Origin: a virus
Lineage: Duplodnaviria; Caudoviricetes
Length of the DNA: 64,000 nt
Strand: one strand, 5' to 3'
IMG/VR virus record: IMGVR_UViG_3300014208_000023
Coordinates: 352,001 to 416,000 of that record
Numbering within the stretch: the first letter of the stretch is position 1; each line of letters opens with the position of its first letter. The notes under the pieces were generated by a model, which had not been told where the DNA came from, made no database searches, and saw nothing but the letters and a program-made list of their open reading frames with translations. Below, one piece after another: positions 1 to 10,247 of this stretch. A program made the translations under genes and the position numbers.

Positions 1-113
1 TAAATGCTTAGCGCAATTACAAACACAAATAGAGTTAGTGGAACCCAGGCCTTTTTCAAATATTCTATCATTTGCTTATCCTTCTATATTAGACTTTCAA
101 TTTCTACCGACAA

Positions 114-629
114 CTACCATATCCTATTGCCGTATTCGTCGTGATATGTTTCTTCCGGCGATTTCTTTATAACATAATCAGAGGTAACGAGCATTTTCAT
201 CTTGGTTTTACCATCAAGCACTTTTACCTGATCAAGATAATAGCGACTATCTGTCCTGCTTCTAGCTTTAATGTAATAAATGCCTAGACCAAAAAACAAC
301 AATTGCTCGGCCTCTTCTACATTCTCTCTCGTCCAAGAATTGGATAGCCTAGAGCCCTTCAAAAAGGCTCTAAAAGCATTCATTTCTTGAGAAGAAATGC
401 CATATTTCTTGGCAAAATCATTATAACAACCAGCTATGTTTTGCTCGCCAGCCATCATTACTGATATGGGATCTATCATATAGACGCCTGGAATGGCCTT
501 GCTATGATCGTATTTTGTGCCAGAAAGCATAAATGCTTCATACGAAATTCTTATGTTGAGCTTCTTCATCTTGAAGACCGTGCATAGATAGCGCTGGAAG
601 AAATTGCTCAACATAATATCACCTACCAA
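114..629 (-). CDS. hypothetical protein
   Basis: 171-aa ORF abutting upstream gene; start uncertain; no recognised motif. Confidence 0.6.
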   Translation of the reverse strand: MVGDIMLSNFFQRYLCTVFKMKKLNIRISYEAFMLSGTKYDHSKAIPGVYMIDPISVMMAGEQNIAGCYNDFAKKYGISSQEMNAFRAFLKGSRLSNSWTRENVEEAEQLLFFGLGIYYIKARSRTDSRYYLDQVKVLDGKTKMKMLVTSDYVIKKSPEETYHDEYGNRIW

Positions 630-1605
630 AAAGGTAGTAGTCTTTTACGATTTCATGGACGTAGTGCATCGTATCGCGCGCTTCGTTGATTTCGATATAC
701 TCGTTTGCTCCGGCGCCGAATGAATCGTGATAACCACAAGTCATATTTACGGCGTTTTTGCACATGTTTCTTGACTTAATCGCATACACGTCTGTGTGCA
801 TGCCCGTGACTGGCGCCCTCATCTTACCCATCTTATAGGCAATATCAATCAATCGAGTGCCAACTTCGTAGGTGCAGAGAATCTCATTGTTAATCTTGGT
901 AACAAGCTCGTTGCTTTTGTTACCTCTATCAACTTGAACTAGGATCTCAAACTCCTTAAGCTCTGGAATATCACAAGCCCTAGCTGACTTGAGACCAATT
1001 TCCTCGTCAGTTGGGAAATAAAGCCCCATGTCAAACCCAGTGTTTAGAGCGATCCACGTATTGATCGCAACACCAAGGCGGTCGTCTCCTCCAACCTGGA
1101 TTTTACATAGACGATCCTGGATAATGCGACGCTGTTTGCCGTTATGCATTACCGTCTTTACGACGGGATCGACTCGGTAAGGCTTGTCCTCTTTGATGAT
1201 CTCGTCCTTGATAAGCTGGTATTCTTCTTTTGAAACCTTCTTACCATCCCCAAGCCATTTCTGAAACTCCTCATAACCTTCGTTAGAAGGTCGCGAAGAC
1301 GTTTTTTCGGAATGCTCTCTGCACACGTCAGTATGAGCAACCAAACAAACGTCTGGGTTCTCGCCACGAATGGCTACAAGATTATGAATGTTGTCATAAC
1401 GTTTATCTTTATTCGCGCGTTCTGTTTTATAATTATCTTCGATAAATCTAAAGCCAGCACGGCCGAGCGTTTTCTTTAGCCACTTACGAAGCTCGTATTC
1501 CGGCGCTCGGCAACAATGAAGGATATGCTTCTCGAAGTTGCCATCAGGCTTGACGACATTAACTAGTTTCGCTATTTCTTCAGAAGACATTGATGTGATT
1601 GACAT
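619..1605 (-). CDS. M28/M20-like Zn-dependent peptidase
   Basis: Metal-ligand motifs LVAHTD, GGDDRLG, TDEEIG, QVDRG and C-terminal NMTCGYH..EYI. Confidence 0.7.
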   Translation of the reverse strand: MSITSMSSEEIAKLVNVVKPDGNFEKHILHCCRAPEYELRKWLKKTLGRAGFRFIEDNYKTERANKDKRYDNIHNLVAIRGENPDVCLVAHTDVCREHSEKTSSRPSNEGYEEFQKWLGDGKKVSKEEYQLIKDEIIKEDKPYRVDPVVKTVMHNGKQRRIIQDRLCKIQVGGDDRLGVAINTWIALNTGFDMGLYFPTDEEIGLKSARACDIPELKEFEILVQVDRGNKSNELVTKINNEILCTYEVGTRLIDIAYKMGKMRAPVTGMHTDVYAIKSRNMCKNAVNMTCGYHDSFGAGANEYIEINEARDTMHYVHEIVKDYYLFGR

Positions 1606-1641
1606 AAACTATTTACCTTTCAAGAGTAATTCAGCAGAACT

Positions 1642-1929
1642 TTATTGGTCGCCCACTTTTGAGGAGTGGTATGTGAGTGAGCTTATTGCGAGACTAATAG
1701 TAGCTCCGCCAAAACCCCATAGGACGTGATCGATGATATTGTATTTTCCACTAAATGTTAGTAGATAAATTCCCAGCGCTACCCAAAATCCGAGGCAGAA
1801 GTAGCACTCTAGTAATTTGATAAAAATCGGGTGAATTCCTATCAACTTAATTCTAAGCCAATTCGTAAGATCACTTTCTTTTAGAAAGAAAGTTATTCCG
1901 AATGTAGCTATGAGATATACAAATATCAT
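1642..1929 (-). CDS. small membrane protein, DUF1360-like (CxxC)
   Basis: Three hydrophobic segments, LLECYFCLGFW motif. Confidence 0.5.
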   Translation of the reverse strand: MIFVYLIATFGITFFLKESDLTNWLRIKLIGIHPIFIKLLECYFCLGFWVALGIYLLTFSGKYNIIDHVLWGFGGATISLAISSLTYHSSKVGDQ

Positions 1930-1957
1930 TATTTGCTATTTTCTTTGGACTAGTAAA

Positions 1958-2170
1958 TCAACGCCATCGATACCATATTATTTGGTATCTTAAAACGGGG
2001 GTTGTCTTTAGCAAAAGACAATCACCATTCATAACTGAACCGAAAGCGCTAACATCACCGATAAGAAATTGCTTTTTCTTATCATTAAGAAGAACCTCGA
2101 TTAATGTGCCTGGATTGTTTTTTTCTTGATTGCAAAAATCTGCAAAAGAACCGCTGAATTCCATCCACAT
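1958..2170 (-). CDS. hypothetical protein
   Basis: ORF abuts upstream stop in operon-like chain. Confidence 0.55.
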   Translation of the reverse strand: MWMEFSGSFADFCNQEKNNPGTLIEVLLNDKKKQFLIGDVSAFGSVMNGDCLLLKTTPVLRYQIIWYRWR

Positions 2171-3727
2171 TTACGCGCCTTTACAAGCTATTAAAAGCTC
2201 TTTCTTAAGATCAGTGATTAGTGTCTCGTGAAATCTCTTTGAGGCGGCCGGGAATGCTTTCATCCACGAACCGGATTGTAGATTTTTCCAAGACTTTTCC
2301 TTGATCTCTTCTAGATTATTAACTAGATTTTTCAAAATCCAGATATCACAATCTTTGTTTGTTTCAAAAGGCTGATCCGTATTTCCTATTGCTTTGAAAA
2401 TCTCAAGCAAGAAAAACGAGGTAGGCTTATTTGTGGTTGAGTGTGGTCTATCACAATGAGCGAAGAAGTTCAAGGTGTTTTGAAAGGCATACTGCCCTTT
2501 CTTGAGGTCGTTAAAGGCTGGAGCTATCTCCGGCTTTTTACCTTCACTCAACTCTTTGAGATTTTTAGTGTATGCCGCTCTTTTATCAGATATAACCTTC
2601 TCTAGTTTTGAGAGGAAAAATCCTCTACGCTCAAGAAGCTTTTTGTTTTCTTTGCTAAATAGAATCGGATTCCTTCTTTTTTCGATATGCAGAGGGCTAT
2701 CCATGTAGGAAAACTCTCCCTCTCTCAAAAAGGATCTTGAAACTTCATCCAATAGATAATAGTCTCTCGTAACCATGTTTTTCTCTTCGGCAAAACTGGC
2801 AGAATAAACTACCAATCCGCTACGATCGTTCAGCGTTTTGCGAATTGCGGACATGATATCTGCATTATATGCAGGATACATGGTGTCCATATAAAGCGCC
2901 GGGGTGCCTGTGGCCCTATTAACTACCAGTCTAACCATCGACCGGAATATCATTTGCTTTCCGTATGGATGAAAGTCCTGTGTTCCAGATACGAACACAA
3001 CGCCTACATATTTAGAGGAGATAGAGCCGATTAGCCCTCTAGATTGAGCCGCCGTCCATGCCTGACAAGAAATGATTCCTCTCATTGAAGCAGTGGCAAT
3101 GTCCCAAGCGCCCTCTTCGCCAGATGAAGAGAAAGTTAGCTTGTATGCTTTGTTTGGAATATTTAGCTTACTAAACTCTTTGTAATAGTAATCGTTCTCA
3201 TAATTAACTTTAAGTGAGTTGTCTGGCTTAATTTCTGCTAGAACTAAATTAATCTTATTGAGAACTTTAAGAAAAGCCTCTCCCTTTTTAAAGACTGGAG
3301 ATGACGATGCCCCGCTGAAAATATCAGTAGGGATCGACATAACAACCTTATTCTCAACAACGGAGCATAATTCTTTACCTGACAAAGAATAGGTCAGCAT
3401 CGATATGATGTTGATTGCTGACTGAATGGCATTACATTTTTCGTTTCTTTCTTTGCCCGAGTCCAGCATTTCTTTCGCTAGCAAAGTTTTTAACGAAAAC
3501 ACCATCTCATTAAGAATGGAGAGCATTAAGTATACTAGCTGTCTAGCTATGCTTTTGGCTGACTCGGCCGAATATACCGTAATGTCTTCGGTGAAATTAG
3601 GTAGCCCTATGTGTGGGAATACTTTGTCTATTCTCGATAGGTTTTTGAAAACCCTATGTTCTTTGATCCAAGCCGGGAATGGCTTGGTGCTGTTGATAAT
3701 ATAGTTTATTCCTGGCATTTTAATCAC
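2171..3727 (-). CDS. conserved-Cys WDxxTxSMRG family protein, paralog 1
   Basis: WDIATASMRGIISCQAW..LIGS..RSMVR..DTMYP..SYMD core shared with 5 other ORFs. Confidence 0.85.
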   Translation of the reverse strand: MIKMPGINYIINSTKPFPAWIKEHRVFKNLSRIDKVFPHIGLPNFTEDITVYSAESAKSIARQLVYLMLSILNEMVFSLKTLLAKEMLDSGKERNEKCNAIQSAINIISMLTYSLSGKELCSVVENKVVMSIPTDIFSGASSSPVFKKGEAFLKVLNKINLVLAEIKPDNSLKVNYENDYYYKEFSKLNIPNKAYKLTFSSSGEEGAWDIATASMRGIISCQAWTAAQSRGLIGSISSKYVGVVFVSGTQDFHPYGKQMIFRSMVRLVVNRATGTPALYMDTMYPAYNADIMSAIRKTLNDRSGLVVYSASFAEEKNMVTRDYYLLDEVSRSFLREGEFSYMDSPLHIEKRRNPILFSKENKKLLERRGFFLSKLEKVISDKRAAYTKNLKELSEGKKPEIAPAFNDLKKGQYAFQNTLNFFAHCDRPHSTTNKPTSFFLLEIFKAIGNTDQPFETNKDCDIWILKNLVNNLEEIKEKSWKNLQSGSWMKAFPAASKRFHETLITDLKKELLIACKGA

Positions 3728-5301
3728 CGATTAAGAATCGAGTAAGAGAGCTCTTTTTTGACGAACTCAACTATCATATCCGATAGGCTCTTGGAGAACG
3801 TGTCGATGCTGTAGTCTCTTGAGCAATGAAGCTTAAGTGCGGCATCGACGCGCGCCTTGCTGTAGAAGATCATATTTTTGCGCTGCAAGAAGCAGGCTTT
3901 TAGGTATTCCTTATTGTAAGAACGAACGCCATAGTGCTCGGTAGTTTTGGGAGCATTAAATCCTGCGAAGATTGCGGCAACTAGAGCGTCCGCAACTACA
4001 CTGAATGGCGCGGAAAGAGTGAAGTTATTCACCATCTTCTTTAGGTCCGAATCCGGCGGAGTAGCAGTATTGTTATACTGAATATCTTCAAACTTGGAAG
4101 AAAGAAAAAGAGAGAAATTGCTCTGAACTCTCTGGGCGTATTTTTCAAGCTCGGTCTGATTGTGAGTCAGTAGGTGCGCATCAAGCTCACACTTGGTGCG
4201 TAGCGCGGTATCCTGATACGATTTTTCACGAGCAGTGATCTTTGTCGTGATCTTTTCATTCGGGATATAGATGTGCCTAGTCTTATTCTGAAGACGAGGG
4301 CCGTAATAAACTGGAAGCTTGCTCTTTTCCGCAAGCGTATCCATGAACGTCTTTACGATCTCATCGTCCTCTGCTGGATACATTTTATCCATAACAAGAC
4401 AAGGAGTATTGGCGTCCTTATCGAAGGCATATCGAACAATGCTTCTACGCATCATCTTCGTGCCTAGACTTCCATGATTCTCAACCGGATCAGCGGCCAC
4501 ACCTGAAGTGAGGTAGATGATTCCAACGAACTTGGAAACAACCGAACCAATAAGACACTTAGGATACTCACCTTCCCAACGCTGGCATGATCGCGTGCCG
4601 CGCATTGACATGGTGATAAGGTCCCAGGCGCCTTCTTCTCCGTCAGAAGAAAAGACGATCTGATATTTCTTATTGGGAATATTTTCCTTGCTAAAAATCT
4701 TGTAGGATTCAATAGCGTCTAGGGCTATGATGGTGTTTTCTGGAACGCCATGCTCAATGCACTTATCTCGAAGCTGCTTATAGAGCCTAAAGATCGGAAT
4801 GCCGGCCTTGTATAGCACCTTGCCGTCTCCACCAATGATATTAGCGTGTAGTCGAAGATCGATCTTTCCGCCGTTTGAGCTTACAACACCATTAGTTGGG
4901 TGGAATGCCGAGGCCGCTCTTGGATCGCAAGTTTCAGCTAGAAATGAAAGCGACTGAACGATCTGCGCAACTTCATTTAGCTTCGCCTTCTTGGCGAGTC
5001 TCTCTTCTAGAGGAGCTAGGAACTGTGTCTTTTGAGACGAAAGGCCAATCTGCTCTTTAGCCCTATTACATTCAGAGCTAACGTCATGCAGAAGGTTCCA
5101 AACGTAACTGCCTTCTTTTTTTACATCAACCATGCATTTTGCAATGTTGGTTTCCTGCTTAAAGTTAGGCATTCCTATCGAGGAGAAAACTTTCGTTATT
5201 CTCGTAGGGGCGGTAAAAAGAGGATGCGCCTTAAGGAATGGCGGCAGAACTTTCCCTTTGAAGATATCCGTCGTGTTGAATACTGTTTTCTTGTCAACCA
5301 T
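3724..5301 (-). CDS. conserved-Cys WDxxTxSMRG family protein, paralog 2
   Basis: WDLITMSMRGTRSCQRW..LIGS..RSIVR..DKMYP..SYQD. Confidence 0.85.
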   Translation of the reverse strand: MVDKKTVFNTTDIFKGKVLPPFLKAHPLFTAPTRITKVFSSIGMPNFKQETNIAKCMVDVKKEGSYVWNLLHDVSSECNRAKEQIGLSSQKTQFLAPLEERLAKKAKLNEVAQIVQSLSFLAETCDPRAASAFHPTNGVVSSNGGKIDLRLHANIIGGDGKVLYKAGIPIFRLYKQLRDKCIEHGVPENTIIALDAIESYKIFSKENIPNKKYQIVFSSDGEEGAWDLITMSMRGTRSCQRWEGEYPKCLIGSVVSKFVGIIYLTSGVAADPVENHGSLGTKMMRRSIVRYAFDKDANTPCLVMDKMYPAEDDEIVKTFMDTLAEKSKLPVYYGPRLQNKTRHIYIPNEKITTKITAREKSYQDTALRTKCELDAHLLTHNQTELEKYAQRVQSNFSLFLSSKFEDIQYNNTATPPDSDLKKMVNNFTLSAPFSVVADALVAAIFAGFNAPKTTEHYGVRSYNKEYLKACFLQRKNMIFYSKARVDAALKLHCSRDYSIDTFSKSLSDMIVEFVKKELSYSILNR

Positions 5302-5333
5302 TATCGTTCTCCCAAACTCTCTATGTATGTAAG

Positions 5334-6845
5334 TTAATCACTCGTGCGGGCATTGTCAAGGCGCCTAGCGGCGAAAAGTGCCTTGAGCTCTGCCTTGAGG
5401 GCGGCGTCCGCCCGCTTCATAACCTGTTCCATAATAAGGACAAAATCTCTCTTTGTAAGAGAGGATGTCTTTCTTAAGGCCAGCGCCCCATTCCACTGCG
5501 TTACCTGGCTAGAAATTGATTCTAATAGATAGTTCCTTTTGTGAAAGTAGTTTAGATACAATTTTATTGAGGCTGATAATTTATCAAAATCTCTCTCTTG
5601 AGAAATATCAATATTGCTTATAAGCAAATTACTGAATGTTCTAATTGAATTTTTGATCTGATCTTTGAAAATGAAATTCTTATTCTTGAGGGCAATAAGA
5701 GCATTGATTTTGTCTGAGGAAAATCTACTTAATTCAATTCCGGAAGTAGATGATTCCCTAATCAGAGTAGTAATGAATCTAGCCTTAATTAAAGAGATTT
5801 CTCTTTTTATAGAATCATCATCTAGTTTGGAAGGCTTATCTTTAATCGGATTATTTTGATAAGAGCAAATAGATTCTTCCTCTGGAAGAGGAGTCTGAAA
5901 TATCTCTTTTTCAGAATAGAAATTGAAAGAGTCTTTGATTTTACTTCTTGGTAGAAAATATCGCCCATTAATAATATCCTGTTCTTCATCAGAAGCCAGA
6001 ATCACTTTAAGTCCTGATTTTTCAGTCAGAAACTTTGCGAATAGATCAAAAATTTCAGGAAAGAACTCCGGATAAATATGATCTAGAATAAGAACTGGTT
6101 GTTTTTTTCTTATTGTTTTAGAATTATCTACCGCAAATCGCACTGTTGATCTATAAAGCATCTTTGAGCCATATTCAGTTGGCTTGCCTTTGCTTTCCAG
6201 AAACACTATACCAACATAGGGATCTAGCATAGATCCGATCAGGGATCGCCTATACTCTCCGTTCCAACTTTGGCACGTAGTAATTCCTCGCATGGACATT
6301 GTTGCGATGTCCCAAGGGTCCGTAGAAAAAGAAATTTGGGACGATGATAGAGGGATATTAAGTCGGCTAAAATCCTTGAAAGAATCAAAGGCGAAAAAAT
6401 TAGATACCCCTATCTTTTGCTCGATTGTTTTCTCTAGAAGAGAAAAAAGCGAAGATCCTTTTCTGAAAACTAGATTTCCTGAAGAGTCAGGAATATCTTC
6501 AGATAGGATCGCTGAAATTTTATTGTCTCTTTTTATTTCGATATAATCGGAATAAGAAAATCTATTAAAAAATTCAATTAGAGCCTCAATAACCGAGTTT
6601 GATTCGGTCATTGCTGTCAATTTTCCCTTCAAAAGGACTGATATAATTTCGCTTTCAAAACAAACATCCTTAATAAAACACTCAAGATATTGTTCGCCAA
6701 GTAATGTTATTAGTGGTGCAGAGGAATTATTAAGACCTTTCTTGGGAAAAATCTTATCATAAATAGAAACATCCTTGAAAATAGGGTGTTCAATTATCCA
6801 TTCCGGATACTTCTTATTTTCAAGGATGTTTGAAACGTTATACAT
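5334..6845 (-). CDS. conserved-Cys WDxxTxSMRG family protein, paralog 3
   Basis: WDIATMSMRGITTCQSW..LIGS..RSTVR..DHIYP..SYQN. Confidence 0.85.
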   Translation of the reverse strand: MYNVSNILENKKYPEWIIEHPIFKDVSIYDKIFPKKGLNNSSAPLITLLGEQYLECFIKDVCFESEIISVLLKGKLTAMTESNSVIEALIEFFNRFSYSDYIEIKRDNKISAILSEDIPDSSGNLVFRKGSSLFSLLEKTIEQKIGVSNFFAFDSFKDFSRLNIPLSSSQISFSTDPWDIATMSMRGITTCQSWNGEYRRSLIGSMLDPYVGIVFLESKGKPTEYGSKMLYRSTVRFAVDNSKTIRKKQPVLILDHIYPEFFPEIFDLFAKFLTEKSGLKVILASDEEQDIINGRYFLPRSKIKDSFNFYSEKEIFQTPLPEEESICSYQNNPIKDKPSKLDDDSIKREISLIKARFITTLIRESSTSGIELSRFSSDKINALIALKNKNFIFKDQIKNSIRTFSNLLISNIDISQERDFDKLSASIKLYLNYFHKRNYLLESISSQVTQWNGALALRKTSSLTKRDFVLIMEQVMKRADAALKAELKALFAARRLDNARTSD

Positions 6846-8428
6846 TAGGATACTTTTTGTATTAGCTCAATAACGCTATCGTCTGGAAGAGGAAGTGATT
6901 TGCTGCCCTTGATTTTCTCGACCTTACCAACTAGCTTGGCCCGGTCCTTTTCAATTTCTTTTATAAAGGCTTCTTTTATCTTCTGCTTTAGAAGGCCCTT
7001 ATAGGTTGAGGATATTCCTTTTTTTGATCGTTTAGCATAAAGGTCTGTTACTTTTTGAGCAAAAAGCTCTGGAACATTTTCAGCAAAAACACTATCAAAA
7101 ACTTGAAGTGCTACTACTGGAACCTTAACATTCGTATCTTTTACATTACTAACGGCTTCTTCTATTGCTTGTCGTAGCACAAAAGTTGTTTCAGCAACTA
7201 CCGAATATATCGGAGAATCTATGCCTTTATTTGCCGCCCAAGTTGTTCTATCCACCGCATCAGATAGCTCTGATTTCTTAATCTTTCCTGACGCTATTCT
7301 AGCCTTGGCAGAATAGTGCGCTGGGATAAATGAAAGCGTATTTCTTACGCTTTCAAGATAAGAAGCTCTGTTGCTAATTAGTTGCTTGAATTGAATATCA
7401 CTATCTCTGTATGGATGAGCGTTATGCTCCAGCTTTGCCATAATAGGAGTTAATGGAATGTAAGCTTTTGATACGCCATTTCTAAAAATGAGCGAGCAGT
7501 TGGCAATTGGTAACTTGCCACCAGTTTTTTCTTTTAGAATGTTTAGAAACTGTTGTTCAACATCTTTGTTGTGAGCCGGATACATCCTCTCTAGGACTAG
7601 GCTGGGCTTATTGCCCTCATCAATAAGAAAGCGCACAATGCAGCGTCTCATCATCTTTGATCCTTTGCCCTCAAAATCAGAGCCGGTAGTGAGATACATA
7701 ATGGCGGTGAATGGATCTACAATCGATCCAACCAAATGAGTTGAATTTCCCTGTCCCCACGTTTGGCAGGACGAGATTCCTCTCATGCTCATAGTTGCTA
7801 TGTCCCAAGCGCCTTCAATTCCAGAGGATGAGAATACTATTTTTGATTCGCTTCCGGGAATATTTACGGCGTTATATTTTTTGAAAGCTGGAGCCTGATC
7901 TAGAGATCCAAGTGGTAGAAAATGAGCCTCTCTCAATAGCTCGTTTATTTTCTGATAGACCTTAAAAAGTCCTTCTCCACGCTTAAAAACCAGCTTCTTT
8001 TCGTCATCCATTATATCGGCTGACAAGTTAAGCGTTATCTTGTTTGTTTTTTCATTAAGAACAATGAATGACTTATATGACTTTGAAAGAAGCGCCTTGA
8101 ACTGTTTCAAAACATAAGAGCACTTCTTATACTTAACTTTTCTAGCAGGACCAAAAGCTTTAGAGTCGGCTGTCGGTGCCGTCTTAATCTCCGCATAACG
8201 AGTAAGCGAGCTTATTCGGGCATTTACTTCCGTAGAAATAAAGGTAATAACTTCTTCAGCGGCAGAGAGAAGCTCGGAAGAGTTATCTATATTGACTTTT
8301 TGCGTAAAGTTTTCAAGGCCGATTGCTGGGAATACCTTCTTAATTTCTAGGCCTGATGAAAAAATATGATGACTAGTAATAAACGCTGGAAATCTTTTAT
8401 CTGCTTTAATGTCGGCTACTTTAGTCAT
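6845..8428 (-). CDS. conserved-Cys WDxxTxSMRG family protein, paralog 4
   Basis: WDIATMSMRGISSCQTW..LVGS..RCIVR..ERMYP..PYRD. Confidence 0.85.
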   Translation of the reverse strand: MTKVADIKADKRFPAFITSHHIFSSGLEIKKVFPAIGLENFTQKVNIDNSSELLSAAEEVITFISTEVNARISSLTRYAEIKTAPTADSKAFGPARKVKYKKCSYVLKQFKALLSKSYKSFIVLNEKTNKITLNLSADIMDDEKKLVFKRGEGLFKVYQKINELLREAHFLPLGSLDQAPAFKKYNAVNIPGSESKIVFSSSGIEGAWDIATMSMRGISSCQTWGQGNSTHLVGSIVDPFTAIMYLTTGSDFEGKGSKMMRRCIVRFLIDEGNKPSLVLERMYPAHNKDVEQQFLNILKEKTGGKLPIANCSLIFRNGVSKAYIPLTPIMAKLEHNAHPYRDSDIQFKQLISNRASYLESVRNTLSFIPAHYSAKARIASGKIKKSELSDAVDRTTWAANKGIDSPIYSVVAETTFVLRQAIEEAVSNVKDTNVKVPVVALQVFDSVFAENVPELFAQKVTDLYAKRSKKGISSTYKGLLKQKIKEAFIKEIEKDRAKLVGKVEKIKGSKSLPLPDDSVIELIQKVS

Positions 8429-8439
8429 AAGTTAAGTTC

Positions 8440-8805
8440 CTATATTAGAATCGGAGGCGGTATGTAATTAAAGTTATGAAACCTGCATAGAAGGTGGCTA
8501 ATTTCTTTTATTCCAGTTTTTTTACTGACAATTCGCATATACTTGGCGCATTGAAAAGAAAGTGATTGGGATATTTTACGCTCCCAAAAATCACTCATTG
8601 GAATTGGGCCTCTCCATTGAATGATACCATTGCGGACGCAACGCATAACTACAATTTTGTTGGCGTTGAAAAAGAAATCGCATTCCCCATATTTCTTGAC
8701 GATATCTTCTGGCCATGAAGGATACGACGAAAGCATTACTTGCCTTCGTCCAAGTATATTGAGCATTTGGACCGACTGCTCAAGAGTATAAGATGAATTT
8801 ATCAT
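8440..8805 (-). CDS. hypothetical protein
   Basis: ORF in overlapping chain. Confidence 0.55.
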   Translation of the reverse strand: MINSSYTLEQSVQMLNILGRRQVMLSSYPSWPEDIVKKYGECDFFFNANKIVVMRCVRNGIIQWRGPIPMSDFWERKISQSLSFQCAKYMRIVSKKTGIKEISHLLCRFHNFNYIPPPILI

Positions 8806-9119
8806 TGAGGTATGAATTCTAGTCTATGACATTTTTTAAGCAGATGTTCAAACCTAGGTATCTTATGTCTGATGGAAAGTGACATTAGATGTATTTTACA
8901 TTCGCTCAAAAGCTGATGATGAGCAAAATCAATTACTTTGGTTGGAGCTATAATTGGTTTCCTAGACTGAAAGTAATTGGAATAGAATTGGCCCTTATTA
9001 TTGCACGACGGCCACGATTTGTTTCCAAGAGTAACTTCGTGCATTAGAAGCTGCTCGTTATCTTTGTAAAGAAGAAACTCCATCATTCTTCTTATCTGGT
9101 TACACTTAATAGAGTCCAT
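8802..9119 (-). CDS. hypothetical protein
   Basis: ORF in overlapping chain. Confidence 0.55.
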   Translation of the reverse strand: MDSIKCNQIRRMMEFLLYKDNEQLLMHEVTLGNKSWPSCNNKGQFYSNYFQSRKPIIAPTKVIDFAHHQLLSECKIHLMSLSIRHKIPRFEHLLKKCHRLEFIPQ

Positions 9120-9441
9120 GATATTTCATTAGTAAATGGTGTAAATTTGGAAACTTAGCTCTATCCGCCTTTTCTTTCAGCATAAAGGCGCATCTCTTTT
9201 CTAGCTGAGAAATTCCTAGATCAAGCAAGGCCGGATGATAATTTCGCAGTCCAATTATAGAGTAATCCCTATGAAGGTAATTGATATTACCTCCCTCAAC
9301 TATATAGAACTTTCCGGGAGCACCATTATCTCGCATAACGCATGCGGTGTATAGCTTGGTCCAGCCGCCTTCTGGCGGAAGAATTTCTGAAAAATTATTT
9401 CCAGTAATGGCCAATAAGTGTGCCGCTCTTTGCTTACTCAT
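9106..9441 (-). CDS. hypothetical protein
   Basis: ORF in overlapping chain. Confidence 0.55.
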   Translation of the reverse strand: MSKQRAAHLLAITGNNFSEILPPEGGWTKLYTACVMRDNGAPGKFYIVEGGNINYLHRDYSIIGLRNYHPALLDLGISQLEKRCAFMLKEKADRAKFPNLHHLLMKYHGLY

Positions 9442-10247
9442 AGTGATGAGAACGTTTCCTTAAACGAAGACCAATATTTATCTACCAAAAAAGATTTGAA
9501 CTCCATTTTTTCAAACTCCTCTTTGAGAGCTTCAAAATTGGTGGTTCCTTGTGAAAGGATCATTTCTTCATCTGGAACTTGGCTCAATTCAATTAGTTTC
9601 TTGTTTAGGTTAAACGCGGCCTTGTTCTCTTCGATGGAGAGAAAATCTTCCAATAGTTTTGGATCGGATACCATAGCTAACGCTTTGGCGTCGCTCATCA
9701 GCCCCGGTATGTTGTCGGTCTTTTTATCGCCTCGAAGTATCTTCCATACCAAATAGTGGTATTTGGGTGGCTCCAGAAACTCTTTAGAGCCTGGATGATA
9801 CAACTTAACTTTTAAGCCGCGTTGAAGTAGTTGTATGAAATCGCTATCTGAAGATATAATCGTATTATTTTCTTCTTTTAGATTCTCACACAAAGTTCCA
9901 ATAACATCATCTGCCTCAAACCTTTCGGCATGAGCCAAAGTGATAGGCAGGTATGCAAGTAACTTAATTACTATGTCTCTCTGCCTATCAATGTCAGTAT
10001 TGTCTTTGGATGCCTTCTTTATTATTCTATTTGCCTTGTAGTCAGAAAAAAGACTATATCTAAAATTATTCTTTCCCTCCAAACAAAAGAAAACTTTTGT
10101 AGGATTAAAGCTACTTATCGTAGCTCGTAATGAGCGAAAGAAATTATAGACCACATGGAAAGATTGCTTGTCCGGATCTTGTGGGCCGAACTTAATGTTG
10201 CCCCTATGAATTGCGTTCAATCCGTCATAAAGCAATACTTCTTCCAT
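9438..10247 (-). CDS. 5'-3' exonuclease / flap endonuclease (PolI N-terminal, T4 RNase H-like)
   Basis: YDGLNAIHR, EADDVIGTL, SSDSDFIQLL, GDKKTDNIPG motifs. Confidence 0.9.
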   Translation of the reverse strand: MEEVLLYDGLNAIHRGNIKFGPQDPDKQSFHVVYNFFRSLRATISSFNPTKVFFCLEGKNNFRYSLFSDYKANRIIKKASKDNTDIDRQRDIVIKLLAYLPITLAHAERFEADDVIGTLCENLKEENNTIISSDSDFIQLLQRGLKVKLYHPGSKEFLEPPKYHYLVWKILRGDKKTDNIPGLMSDAKALAMVSDPKLLEDFLSIEENKAAFNLNKKLIELSQVPDEEMILSQGTTNFEALKEEFEKMEFKSFLVDKYWSSFKETFSSL

